Shown here piece by piece: positions 23,570-36,660 of a DNA stretch of 64,000 nt. This stretch comes from Octopus sinensis. Lineage: Eukaryota. The stretch is from contig NC_042999.1 of assembly GCF_006345805.1 (NCBI RefSeq), positions 96,968,001 to 97,032,000 of the forward strand, read 5' to 3'. Within the stretch, counting starts at the first letter, position 1. Each line of letters begins with the position of its first letter. The notes beneath the pieces are model-generated. The model worked only from the letters and a program-made list of their open reading frames with translations, ran no database searches and was not told the DNA's origin. The position numbers were made by a program, and so were the translations under genes.

Positions 23570-24400
23570 AAGCCAAAGCAGCCCACAGTCGATCTCCTTT
23601 GTTATCGTTTGTTTTGGGTTTAAAAGTTCAAAGTGGACTAAACCTTTCATACCCCACCAAACAGATAACAACACCTACATGGGTGAAAACCTTCTTTAAC
23701 CTGGGGTACCGGTGTTTCTCCTTTCCCTACCCACTGTCTTCGGCGCTTGACATTTTTATAAAGAACCCATTTTTCGTCACTAGTCACTATTCAGTCCAAA
23801 AGAAAGTTCATTCGTGAGACGTGACAGTAAAGAAGAGCACACATTCAGTATCTGCACGCGATTAGACTCGGGATGTTTGTGAGGAACCCATAGATCCAAT
23901 TTGATGACTTTTCCGATGGCACACAGGTGTTGATGAATGGTTGAATGACCAAATCCAAGCTTCTTTGCAAATTCCTCAATAGTTACGATTGGATTTTGTT
24001 CCGCCGGGGTTTGCAGGACGTCCTCGTTGAGCTCTACAGATCTTCCAGGACAAGGCTCTTCTAGGCTGTAGTTTCCGGCTCAGAATTTCTGGAACCACCG
24101 TTGATAACTGGCTTACGCTTATTGTCTGATCCCCATATACTGCACTAATATTCCTCGCACTTTTCGTTGCGTTGTTGCCTTTATTGAACTCATAAAGCAA
24201 AATATACCGAATATGCTCCTTTGCCACTTCCATTATGTTAAAATCGAACTGCACACTCTAAAGCTTGCACTAAGAATAAGGACAAAATAAAATTACTACC
24301 TGCTTTTATAGCAAGTTTATTCAGGTAGTTTATCCCTCCCCCTTCAACTTTTGGTTTATACAATTGAAAAAAAAAACGCACTATTTATGGGATGACCCAA
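23570..24400 (-). mobile_element. Mariner transposon remnant (5' TIR, HTH domain and first catalytic Asp), 3'-truncated
   Basis: MEVAKEHIRYILLYEFNKGNNATKSARNISAVYG (ORF 23976-24254) and VTSDEKWVLYKNVKRRRQW; TIR-like TTGGGTCATCCCATAAATAGTGCG next to TA at 24401-24402. Confidence 0.9.
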
Positions 24401-24508
24401 TATTTAACATACTTCATGTATTGACCCGATAACTTGCTTATCCCTACATCTACTTACGTATGTATATATGTATATATATATGTATGTATGTATATATAAG
24501 TATGTATG

Positions 24509-24541
<33 letters not shown>

Positions 24542-24660
24542 ATGTATATATGTATATATGTATACACACTCGCACACACACTATGAGTTTATATATGTTA
24601 TATTTAAATAGATATTACATACACCATAGGAATGTGTATGTTTGTGTGCGTGCATGCGTC

Positions 24661-24707
<47 letters not shown>

Positions 24708-24709
<2 letters not shown>

Positions 24710-24992
24710 TTCTCGAGCCATGCTTGGCTCATAAGGGCCGGTTTCCCGGTTTCCTTGACGTATATGTTCCTCGCCTGGACGGGACGCCCGTCCGTCGCAG
24801 GTGAGCTGCAAGATGCAGGAGGAAAGAGTGAGAGAAAGTTGTGGCGAAAGAGTCAGCAGAAGTTCGCCATTACCTTCTGCCAGGTATGTTATGTGTTTCG
24901 CTCATAAACACACACATCGCCCGGTCTGAGATTCGAACCCGCGATCCCTCGACCGCGAGTCTGCTGCTCTAACCACTAGGCCATATGTCTAC
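24708..24992 (-). mobile_element. tRNA-derived SINE family C (V-domain-like), internally deleted
   Basis: Minus strand has TGGCCTAGTGG A-box, GGTTCGAATC B-box and CACCTGCGACGGACGGGCGTCCCGTCCAGG resembling the V-SINE domain. Confidence 0.85.
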
Positions 24993-24994
24993 AC

Positions 24995-25026
<32 letters not shown>

Positions 25027-25833
25027 AGAAAGAGAGAGAGTGTGTGTGTGTGTTTGCAAGGACAAAACAGAACAAAACATTGAATAAAGGATTCAAAATT
25101 AGTATATAACTTAATAGACTACTATATACGTATTTATTAAAACTCAAAACTGATTACTGCCAGGGGTACTTTCATTTCTTCTTTCACTTTATCCAATGTG
25201 ATTAACTTTTGTGCGTGTTGGGGTGCGAGCCTACTCGCAAAATACTATTACATATTGTCTCATAGCAATATATATACGTGTGTGTATGCCTGAGCATACA
25301 TACATATATACATACAAATCGCATATACACATACGCAAAAACTGATCTTTACTTGTCCACTGTATTACTGAGAAGCACCGAAATACCGAAATAGTCAAAC
25401 AATGGCGTATAGAAAAGTGATTGCTCGAACTGCCTTGTTAGACTATTTAATGAAATGCTAACTGAATTATGTTTTATGAAACGAATAGGATGAAAGGAAA
25501 CAAATACCTAAATTGATTGAAGTAGCGGCTGTAATAGAGTTAATAAACAAAGAAAAAAAGCAGCTGAAAGATAGAACATAAAAACAATTATGAGTTTTAA
25601 TTACAGTAACGCAATTCTTCGACTAGAAATGAATTTCTATGTTGGAGCGTGTTCATTTTTATTTTATCTATTCATTTATTTACTATTTGCTGGTGCTCTT
25701 ATTGATTGACTCCCTACCAACACGTGTTTCGCCTTGCGGTCTGTCCGCCCCCTTCCCAACTATTTCACTCTTTCCTTTCAGCCATTCTGTCCCTAATTCT
25801 TCTTTATTTCTCTCTCTATCGCTCTCCTTCCCC

Positions 25834-25883
<50 letters not shown>

Positions 25884-26059
25884 TGCACACAAAAACACAC
25901 ATAGGCACCTACGCTTCCACTATACCCAATCAAATTATTCATTATTCAGTATCATTATTCAGTATTCTATCTCCAACGAGGAGGTACAAGCTGACATGCT
26001 TGACATTTTGTCTTCCATACAACAATTAGTTTTTGTTACTGCATCATCATTGGAAATTA

Positions 26060-26290
26060 AAGAAAGTCTTAAAACAAATATTTTCATGACACTTAGTTTC
26101 CCCAACCGCTTGACAACCGGTATGGTTTGTTTACATCCCTGTAAACTAACCGTTTGCGAAAAAGAATTCGATTGGAATAAACACCAAACTTAAATAAGTA
26201 CCGGAGTTGATTTGCTCGAGTAAACTCTTCAAGTATCTGCCCCATCACCACCGATGGCTAAAGCAAGCAAAAGTATGAAAGAATAAAAGA
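26060..26290 (+). mobile_element. Diverged 3' half of SINE family B
   Basis: CGCTTGACAACCGGTATGGTTTGTTTACATCCCTGTAA matches 20985-21030. Confidence 0.6.
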
Positions 26291-26494
26291 ATTTAATGTT
26301 ATTGATAAAGCATCGATGCCTTCAGTAACATATTTTGAATGAAGAAATTACAGGATTCAGTATATTCATCATAAAGCGTGCAACGTTTAGCTGCCACTGC
26401 AGTGTGTTATCATATTCTTTGTAAAAAAGTGTGTGTGTGTGTGTACGGACCCAACTGTTGTCTATATTCAGAGCTATTTTTATATTCTTTTTTA

Positions 26495-26600
26495 CTCTGA
26501 GCACAAGGCCCGAAATTTGGGGAGAGGGGGCCAGTCGATTAGATCGACCCCGGTACACAACTGGTACTTAATTTATCGACCCCGAAAGAATGAAAGGCAA
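26495..26600 (-). mobile_element. SINE family A, partial
   Basis: Reverse-strand core CTGGTACTTAATTTATCGACCCCGAAAG. Confidence 0.8.
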
Positions 26601-27508
26601 AGTTGACCTCGACGGAATTTGAACTCAGAACATAAAGAGCTATTTTTTATATTGTACTATAATTATGGAGTTCACTAAGCAGGAAAATCCGATTTTTATA
26701 AATAGCGCTTTGCTAACTGTTCAATTAATTAGTCAATTATGGATTCGCTAAGATGTATGTTTGTGATAAACGTACGATAGAGTATAACAGATTTAATATA
26801 AGTCTTATACATCACTACAATATCTACTTAAAAACACCAGATGTAAATATAAATATCCATTTTAAGTTTAAATTCTTCCGAGGTAAATTAAAAGGCAATA
26901 TAAATACTAAGAATAGTTATGTGAAAGAAATGGGGTGGATGTACGCATAGTGTCCATCTTCTCCATATAACCATTTCTACACAATCGCAGATGAATATTA
27001 TGATGGTCGAGGATCTAGTAGATTAATAGACTATGGTACAAGATCACAATGAATAATTCGTACTGAAATGCCTTCATACATACCTTCATTTATACATGCG
27101 CGTACGTATGCATTTATGGAAGTAAACATATTTGTATGTATGTGCGTATATGTGTATGTGAGCGAAGATGTTCACTCGACAGTTCGTGTGAAAGAGTTAT
27201 GCTATTAAAGAGTTATTCATGAGATATCACTAATAAAATAACTACATAACAGATTGACGTATTGGAGGTTTAAAATCCCTTGTAGTTAATTTCCTATTTC
27301 CACAAGTTATGTATGCCAAAACATTCGGATTATTTATCGCAGCTCATACTTCCATAAATTCATACATGCCTCATATAAGTATAGATAGAGAGACAGACAG
27401 ACAGGTAGGTGGGTTTAGGTAGGTAAGTAAGCAGGCAGGTGGGGTGGATGGGTGTGTGGTTAGTGCAAAGAGATTTGGCATGCATATCTGTGTGTATGTG
27501 TGTATGTG

Positions 27509-27582
<74 letters not shown>

Positions 27583-28914
27583 TATATATATATACATACA
27601 TATACGCACGCACACAACTCGCGCGCGCGCATGCAAATAGATAGATCATAAATATAACATTTACCTATGTCCTTATTATACAAGTGCAATGTATGGTGTA
27701 TAGGGGTGTATCTATAAACCAAAATTCCTAACTCGGAAATTATCCCACACTACCATCATATCGCATAATTTTCTTCGTATTACTCACCCGTCTTTTCTTT
27801 GCTTGCAAACGTGTGGTTGTTTCCCCATCGTTAATTAATTTACATTATACTGAGAGCCCTTTCTACCACTACTTATCAAACTAATCACTTCTCTAACACA
27901 TCTCACGCCGCCCTTTACATCAACCAATTCCCTCTCAGTCCACTTCCTTCACAATCTACACCTCAATTCCTACATTCTCTGCAACCACCAAACGTCTACA
28001 ACTATATCTGCCGTTTAACCTATTTACTTTTTTTCCCTTCCTTCGGAAGCAACATTATTTTACTACTCTATGAAAGCTCCTTTGCCCTAAAATTTAGACA
28101 ATTTGCATTCTTCACAAGAAGTAAATTTACCAATTACCAAAGTTTAATGAACCTTTTAATTTCAGCTGTTACCCCCAATACTTTCAATGTAATTAATGTG
28201 TTTTGTATCGCGAACTCAAAACTATTATATCAATCCCATTATGAAAGTGTCAAAATGTGTCCGTGTTAATGACTGCACCTTTGGGATGACACTTCTATTA
28301 TTATAAACCTCCTAAGATGTAGCGGGGCTAAACCGATAATCATAGCTGTGTATATATCTAGATGACTGAAGTATGAGGAGTAAATCAGTCGATGTATATA
28401 GGAAGATACCGCTAGGTTAGTGCAAAATGCTAACTTTTAAAAATGAATTAATTGATTTTACTTCAGGATTCAGTTTAAGACCCAATATCTCACCAATTGA
28501 AGGAAGGGCTTTTGCGTGTTATTCAAAACCTGTCTGTGGAATATCACATCTCATGTTCTGTTTATTTTAATTTATATTTATTAACCTGAGAATTAAGTTA
28601 ATCTCTGCTGTTCCGAAATAAACAATTAGAAGTGGGTCCATTACAGATTCAGCAAGATTTACAGGATTTATATGACGGAGCAGATTATTTGCAGTATATC
28701 TAAATTCGATATGTTGCCAATGGAGCCCTTTTTAAAAAAAATAAATAAATAAAATGTCGCAGGAAATCATCTTCTGTCTTATAAACCCAAGGTCATGTTT
28801 GGAATTACCGGTATATGCTCATTCAGGGACATATGATCACTCAGTACCTCGTAAAATGAATTGCAAACATATCTCATACAAGACTAATTCCTCGGAGTGT
28901 TAATATTTTCTAAG

Positions 28915-29110
28915 TGAACAATGGCTAAAATGGTTAACGAATCAAAAAAATGTTTAGTAGCATTTCTTCCTGCTCTTTACGTTCTGAGTTCAAATTCCGC
29001 TGAGGCCAACTTAGCCTTTCATTCTTTCGGAGTTGATAAACTAAGTTACAAATGCCACGGGGGTCGATGAAATCGACTTACCTCCTGCCTTGAGCCAATA
29101 TTTGAAACCA
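28915..29110 (+). mobile_element. SINE family A copy
   Basis: GTTCTGAGTTCAAATTCCGCTGAGGCCAACTTAGCCTTTCATTCTTTCGG core. Confidence 0.8.
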
Positions 29111-29729
29111 ATATTATTTCATGTAAAATAACACGTCATATGGAAAATTACAACACATACATATTCACCCCTGAAACACTCCTCCTTCGTCTCAATAGTT
29201 TGAAATTGGAATTTGTCACTGAAAAAACATCCCGGGACATCTGCATTTTTCAGCGATCGTAGAAGTTAAACTATGGAAGACTGGCTTAAAAGTCATGTTT
29301 ATTGACCAAACATCTATTAAACAATTTACACGTAATCTTTTGTTCGTCGCCCATCGAACTTTAAGTACTATACCAGGTATAATTAAACAAATCCTGTCAA
29401 TTATGGCCATTCCTTTAGAGGACACTTGGTATTTAGATAAAGCATGTAATACAGCCATAGATTATAAAACCTATTTGGATATTTAGAAGTCGCCTACACA
29501 TAAAATCATGTTTGATTGCAAAAAGATGGTTGCAAGTTGTAGTGTTTCATCAAAATCATATTTAAAAGTGATATTGCAGATTTATACATCGGAGGAACCT
29601 CCAGGTTACTGCAAAGTTTGGTCGAAATGGCCGCATTGTAGCCCTACAAGAGGCAAAGTGGTATCGAATTATATAACATTGATATTTGTACACTTGTAAA
29701 CTGTTCTCGGTTTATATATAAAATGAACG

Positions 29730-29905
29730 AGATGGCGAGCTGGCAGAACTGATAGGACACCGAGGAAATGCCTCTAAGCATTTCTTCCGACTTTTACTTT
29801 CTGAGTTCAAATTCTGCCGAGATCGACTTTGCCTTTTATCATTTTCGGGTCGATAGAATAAGAACTAGTTAAGCAATAGAGTCGATGTAATCCACTAACC
29901 CCTTC
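29730..29905 (+). mobile_element. SINE family A copy
   Basis: Head GGCGAGCTGGCAGAA and core present. Confidence 0.8.
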
Positions 29906-30724
29906 CCTAGAAAAATAGAAATTATCATAAAATGCACTTCTTGTTTTTCATCTCCATCAATTATTTTTGACAGTATGTTCAGACTTTTGGCCATAACTGT
30001 AAATATATGTATTTGTTGTTGACTCTCTGTGCGTGTGTGTATGTACATGCGTGTATGTGCGTCTACATACACATAAACCAACATATAATCTTATTTATTT
30101 GGCTGCTACTCAGTGGTATGTAATCTACGTAGAATCTGTTCGCTAGCCAATATTACTTCAAAAAATATGTGCTTCATATTAAATATTTCAGTAACCGCAC
30201 AGTGTGGAGGGGTGTAAAGAGGGAGGGGCACAATCATCGCTAAGTAAGTTGGTGCCAGTTTCGAATCCTGCTCCTGCAACCCATACATTTCCAGCTAAAG
30301 ATTACTACAATCACTTCCGATATCAGAGGAGTGAGGGTTATAATTGCTATTTTATTTACTTCTAATAAAAACCTGTCTCAACATAATTTGTGATGAACCG
30401 ACTACAGGACCTCTACGTAGTCACTCGACCTACTAGAAACTAAATTTCTGTCAGATAGCATTCTATGATCTTTATAAAAGCGAAGTCGACAAATTAGATA
30501 CTCCAGTAGTAATTAATCCTGAAAAGACGAGGGGATCGTTTCTGGAACACACTGAATTCTTGTTTAGTGCCGATTAGTTTATTTCAAGTGGATATGTTTC
30601 GGCCTCATTAGATCTCATCAACCAAGCATAATTTAATCGTTACTGCCGAATCTTTAAAGGGAATGTAATATTTGGGATGTATACCTAAGGATAGCAAAGT
30701 AGATGTTAATATATTGAACGTCGT

Positions 30725-31165
30725 GTAAGGCTGCGAGCTGGCAGAATCAATAGAACGCAGATTACTTAGCGGCATTTCCTCCGTCAGTACGTTCTAGGTT
30801 CAAATTTCACCGAGGTCCACTTTGCCTTTCTTCCCTTCAGGGTCGATAAAATCAGTAAGAATTGAACACTGGGATCGGTGTAATCAAACTTCTCCCTAAC
30901 CTGAAATCTTGTACCAAAATTTCAAATTAGTATATTGAACGTTGTAAAGGTAGTAGTGAGCTGACAGAATCGTTAGCACGGCGGCCAAAATGCTTTTTAG
31001 CAATTTGTCCGTCATTACGTTGATTTCAAATTCCTCCAAGGTCGACTTACTTTTCATCCCTTCGGGGTTGATAAAATAAGTGCCAGTCGAGCATTGGGGT
31101 TAATATAATAGACTTACCCTCTTCCGCCGAACTTATTGGTCTTGTACCAAAATTTGAAAGCAATA
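30725..31165 (+). mobile_element. Two tandem SINE family A copies
   Basis: Heads at about 30730 and 30955, each followed by the core and the tail ending in TTGTACCAAAATTT. Confidence 0.8.
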
Positions 31166-31800
31166 TATTAAACGTTGTGAGCTAAAGAAGCTTCCTTAAA
31201 TGCACATTTGTTAATCTTACTGCTTCCCTTCTTTGGAATAATTTCACTAAATGTTTGTTTGGTTTGATTTGATTTGAATCTTTTCATTTTTGTTGTTGTC
31301 GTTGTTGTTATTGTCTAACCCTCGGTCAATTCGGTTCAAGTACACATGATCGCCGGTGTGATCATCTCAGCTTTTATTCAGAAATAGTTTATCTAGGATT
31401 TCATTATCTAACGTGAAATTGTTTTACGAAATGATATGGAGTTGTTTCAGTAAGATTTAGCTACTATTTCAACAATACGTGCAACTAGTGAGTACAAATA
31501 TAGATAATGAGATGATGTATTCTTATACATCTTCTAAAAGAAAAAAAAACCGGCGTGGACACAGTTGGATTGTCTTTGATCATAGATCTAGTCGATAAAA
31601 TTTGACCTGTGGTTGAACAACAACTGTATGCTTAATATGATTTAATGTTTTGGAAGTTTCCAACCTTGGGTCAATTCTTTGTAAAAAAAAAAACAGAATA
31701 AATTTAAATAAACTTTAATACACAAATCGTAATTTTACATATTTTGTTTTTAAGGAAATCTAATGAAATAGAAATAAATATTATGTGGCACCGGGATTTG

Positions 31801-32237
31801 GGACCTTTTCGGTTTGAACGGCAGTTTTTTCTAGCGGTGTCATGTGAAATTGTCACCCATAATTATGACCCTAGTATCGATCTATTGCATTTCAATCTGT
31901 TTTAGGGTTAGGGTTAGTTAGGGTTAGGGTTAGGGTTAAGGGTGGGGGGAAGGGTATCTTTTTTTCTTCACAAATGTAAATAAACCCAATCTGTTTTTTA
32001 AACGAGGGACATATTCATACGGCACAGAATGTTTTTTAACTCAATAGACGTCATTGATTGGTTGAAATTGCAGAAATTAAAGAAAAAAAAACAAATATCT
32101 TACAAACTATAGAATTTTCTCAATAAAGCCAAGAGAAAAAGATGTTTTATAAACAGATTCTACCAGTATACGAAGTTTAAAATTTTTTAGTTACCTAGAA
32201 ATTATGTTAAAAAGTGACGTTCAAACCGAAAAGATCC
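31801..32237. mobile_element. MITE with 20-bp TIRs, 8-bp TSD and internal (TTAGGG)n
   Basis: TIRs GGACCTTTTCGGTTTGAACG / CGTTCAAACCGAAAAGATCC; GGGATTTG at 31793-31800 and 32238-32245; TTAGGG repeats at about 31902-31938. Confidence 0.88.
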
Positions 32238-33134
32238 GGGATTTGAACCCACAAATGACAGGTATTTGAAATATAAGGTGATGTTAGCTAGAAAGCGAGG
32301 GTGGATATTGTGTAATTACTGAGATAAATACTACCTCATCAGTCATCTACCAAAAGGACTTACTAATGAGACGGGGATATACAACTGACAAGGATATATT
32401 ATTGACAATCGTCGATGGTAATGTGCTTGTTGTTGTTATTGCTGTTATTAGTGTGGTGGGGTGGAGATTTAGTGTTCGTGATAACTGTAGTGATAGTCGT
32501 TGCAATATTGGTGGTGGTACCGACGTAAGTATTGGTTGTCGTATTGTTTGTGCTCATATTTGCTAGTAATATATGTGTGGTGTTAATATTGGTGATGATA
32601 ATATTGTTGTTGTTGGTGGTGGTGGTGTTGATGGTGGTGATGGTATTAGCATATTAGCGTATTTAATGCATGGAACATTACACAAAAAATCAAAACTTGA
32701 AATAAATACATGCGGGGGAAAAACAATGACATTAGTCGTTTATTATTCTGCATCACTACTCGATAGATGAAAACCCAGCTAATGCAAAAGACAAAAAAAT
32801 AAAAGAAAAAGAGTTCTCTCCCGTAGTTGCCAGAAAAACATTAGTCATCGGCTAAAATTTTTTTCTCTTCACATATCTATGTCTAGTTCAAATTTGTAAT
32901 ATTGAATACATTTAAATACGTAAGCATTAACTAAAACGAAAGATAGTTTGCAAGGCAGCAGTTTTTGCTGATTTTGTTTCTTAAGAAATTTATAGCAATT
33001 TAGCATGAGAAATGCTAATGACAGACTTAGTTACGATTGCTCGTAAGAGGCTTTATTGTTCTTAGACATTCGTGTTAAATGTAGCGATCTAAATCGGAGT
33101 TCTGCATTAAATAGATGAATGTATGGCTTGGTAA

Positions 33135-33435
33135 GAGGAGGAACATGGCCTAGTAGTTAGAGCAGCGGTTGAGGGATTGCGAGTTCGAATCTCAGACCGG
33201 GCGATGCGTGTGTTTATGAGCGAAACGCCTAGGCTCCACGCGTGTCCGGCAGAAGGTAATGGCGAACTTCTGCTGACTCTTTCGCCACAACTTTCTCCCA
33301 CTCTTCCTCCTGCATCTTGCAACTCACCTGCGACGGACCGGCGTCCCTTCCAGGTGGGGAACCTATACGCCAAGCAAACCGGGAAACCGACCCTTATGAG
33401 CCAGGCATGGCTTGAGAAGGAACAAGCAATGGTTT
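33135..33435 (+). mobile_element. SINE family C (V-domain-like)
   Basis: Forward match to 33766-34031; deletion in the tRNA-like head. Confidence 0.85.
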
Positions 33436-33519
33436 GGTAAAATTAAGCATAGGTCTTTACTAAGTTTTTTGAAAATGTGGGGCTGGGACATGAATAGAAC
33501 TGTGTTATATTGATTTCAA

Positions 33520-33722
33520 GCTTTGGAACAAAGCTAGCAATTTCGGGAGAGATGGTAAGTCGATTACATCGACCCATCTACTCAACTGGTACTTATTCTA
33601 TCGACCCGCAAGGACGAAAAAGCAAAGTCGACCCATTCAACATTTGAACTCAGAACGCAAAGTTGGAAAAAATGTCGCTAAGCATTTTCTCCGGCACAGT
33701 AACTATTCTGTCAACTCACCGC
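33520..33722 (-). mobile_element. SINE family A copy
   Basis: Reverse-strand core and head. Confidence 0.75.
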
Positions 33723-33765
33723 CATAGACATCTGTTATATTACTTCGGTTGAGCTTTATATCTGA

Positions 33766-34031
33766 CTTATAGGGCCGGTTTCCTTGGCGTATAAGTTCCC
33801 CACCTGGACGGGACGCCGGTCCGTCGCAGGTGAGCTGCAAGATGCAGGAGGAAAGAGTGAGAGAAAGTTGTAGCGAAAGAGTCAGCAGAAGTTCGCCATT
33901 ACCTTCTGCCGGAGCTGCGTGGAGCTTAGGTGTTTCGTTCATAGACACACAGATCTCCCGGTCTGAGATTCGAACCCGCGATCCCTCGACCGCGAGTCCG
34001 CTGCTCTAACCACTAGGCCATATGCCTCCAC
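33766..34031 (-). mobile_element. SINE family C with intact Pol III A and B boxes, 3'-truncated
   Basis: Minus strand GGAGGCATATGGCCTAGTGGTTAGAGCAGCGGACTCGCGGTCGAGGGATCGCGGGTTCGAATCTCAGACC. Confidence 0.88.
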
Positions 34032-34430
34032 TTATTTGTTATGAGTATTAACCAATTTCGAGTTTTGTGTATACGGTAGCGGTGAGATGATTAACCGAAG
34101 ACGCTGTTGAATGCAATAATGACTTCAGACCATTTATATTTTGGAAGTTTAGTAAAAGAGTAGACTCCCAGGAAATGAGTAGTGCTTTTACGTCGGCAAT
34201 GGTTCAAACAGTGGAATATTTTTAATGTCGAGAAGAAAAGAAATTTTGCGTTTCAGATGTCTGTCGTTCTTCTGGGAAAGAGATAAAAATACCAAAAAAT
34301 GTAATTTTAAATAAGGAACATGAGAAAAAAGCACCCTGGACTTGAAATTCTTGGAACTTTACTGTCAGCTGCGTTTCTGTTGTCTGTAGAGTGAAAAGTC
34401 AACTTCGTAGCCAATGTTGAAAATGTGTGT

Positions 34431-34463
<33 letters not shown>

Positions 34464-35639
34464 GTGTGTGTGTGTGTGTGTGTGTGCAGTTTTGGTGATT
34501 AATTTTGACACTTTTTATGAGATTTATTTCCGTGAGAAGACAGGTGTATCATTTTATGTAATGTTGACATATGTGACCTTGTTGGTGTTGATTACGAAAT
34601 ACGTTATATGGTATAGCATTGCTTGTTTTGTAATTTATATTGCATAAAAATGTTTACTAATTGTTCGCTTTTCTTTGGATTATTTTCTTTCTATTTCTTT
34701 GTTTAATTACTTCATGAATGGCTTTGCTTTAGTTCTGCTTGTGCTGATGTGATCTGTTGGGGGCTATACCTACATTTTATCGGATGGGCTATTCTTTAGT
34801 ATAATTGAACTCCACTAGACAGTCAGACAGATGATCCGTGCCCTCTACTGGAAAAACAGTGCATGCTCCAACATGTAGCGGTTAATCGTATGAGATGCAG
34901 TGTGACAATCTCGATTTACAGTTTGTGATTCATATTTGAGTCTCCCCTCGATCCAGTCTAATCATATATACCTGCAAATTCTGAGAGTAGCTACAAGACG
35001 GGTAATGTGTACTCATTTAGAGTTCCACAGTTGTTGGTCCTATACACATACCACAGGAGATGAGTATCTTAGTATCGTTTTTGACATTAATGAGATGCAG
35101 GTGTTATTTTTCTATGTACACCTGGATTTTTAACGTTTATTGGGCTGAGATGGTGGCGGTGGTGGTGATGTTTGAACACACTTATAACCAAAGGTATAAC
35201 ACCTCCTTTGGTTATAGCTATGCTCAATCAGGAATAACAATGTCATTTATTTTCAGATGTTACATCTAAGACTTCCTTATTCAACGTTTTGTTGTGTCTG
35301 GGGAGAATCATACTGTCCTAATGCCTTATTATCTAACACACTCACCGGTTCGGTTTTCACTCATTTATTATTTATATTTTTTCCTCCAAAATTTTCGTTG
35401 CTTTTGCAACCTTGTCAATGGATGTTGACTCATATTCAATGTGTTCTAATTTATTGACCATGATATATAACTTCAGGAAAATTTAGCTACTATAAATAGC
35501 GTTGGTGATATTGTACTAGCTGGCGCTATTGATAATAGTAGTACTGCAGAGGGTGTTGATAAAGGTTGTAGTAGATATGGGGATTGTGTCGTGTTGCTTT
35601 GTGGCATTGATGGTGTTGATACGTGGGTTGTTGTTCTCG

Positions 35640-36660
35640 TCGTCATTGGTGTTGCTGTTGTTGGTGGTGATGGTGGTGGTGATGGTTGCGGCGGTAGAAG
35701 TGGTGGTGGAGGTGGTGGTGGTGGTGGTGGTGGTAATATTTCTGCTGCTTTGTGAGACGCTATAATAACGTCGGTGCATTTTGTAAATTAGTGAGGATGG
35801 TATTGGTGGTAGCGGTAAATGGTGACAGTTTTTGAAATAATAGTAGAAGTGGGTCGTTTCAGTTATGGTGTAAATAACGGCCAGGGTAGTAGTGGTGAGA
35901 GTGATGACGGCGCTAATTGGAATTATAGTAGGAAACTAGTAAAGGAGAGATATTGACAGTGGTACTGATGGTATTGGTGGTGATGGCGGTGGTGGCAGTT
36001 TGGGTGGTGATAGTGGGGTGGGAGTTATGGTAATGATGGTGGTGATGATGGTGGTAGTGACGGTGGTGCTGGTGATGGTGGTGGTGGTGATGATGGTGGT
36101 GGTGACAATTATGGTGGTAGTGACGGTGGTGTTGGTGGTGGCGGCGTCGGTGATTGTGGTGGTGGTGGTGGTGGTGGTGGTAGTGGTGGTGGTGATCGTG
36201 GTGGTATTATGGTGGTAATGTTGTTTAAGTGTTATGATGTTAGTGTTAATGTTCGTACTGGTGCCAGTAGAAATGGTAGTGGTGGTAGATCTGATATAGA
36301 TATTAGTGTTAATGTTTAGTCGTGGTGATGATAATGATGCCGATGTTAATACTCATTTTCGGTTAGTAGTAAGTGCTGCTGTTGGTAGTGGTAGTCAGTG
36401 ATGTTGCTGTGGTGGTAGTGTTAGTGGTGGTGGTGATAATGTTGATGTTAGGGTTTGTGTCTGTTTGTTTCTATCGACGGAGGCGGTGATGATGGTGGTC
36501 GTCGTCGTCGTCGTCGTGGTTTTATGGTGGTGGTGGTGGTGGTGGTGCGAAAGTGGGGGATGGTTGTGTTGTAGTGCGGATTAATAATGGTAGTCGTCGT
36601 GAGTATGGCAGAGACAGTGTGGGCTGTGAATGTGGGATTGTAGGGGAGTGGCATAAAAGG
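35640..36660. repeat. G-rich (GGT/GAT/AGT) low-complexity tract
   Basis: Directly visible; source of the poly-Val ORFs. Confidence 0.9.

Noticed and set aside
25639-26193. 184-aa ORF
   Set aside because: It runs through a dispersed repeat, a (CT)n tract and a SINE remnant, with no coherent domain.
29380-29430. AIIDRICLII as the TM4 of a Cys-loop or chemotactile receptor
   Set aside because: No upstream TM1-TM3 or Cys-loop at the required distance; the downstream sequence fits that family poorly.
31902-31938. TTAGGG run as a chromosome end or fusion scar
   Set aside because: It is short and enclosed within a TIR- and TSD-bounded MITE.
33960-34031. tRNA-like sequence with good A and B boxes
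   Set aside because: It continues into a SINE body found three times in the window and lacks a proper acceptor stem, so it is a SINE head rather than a tRNA gene.
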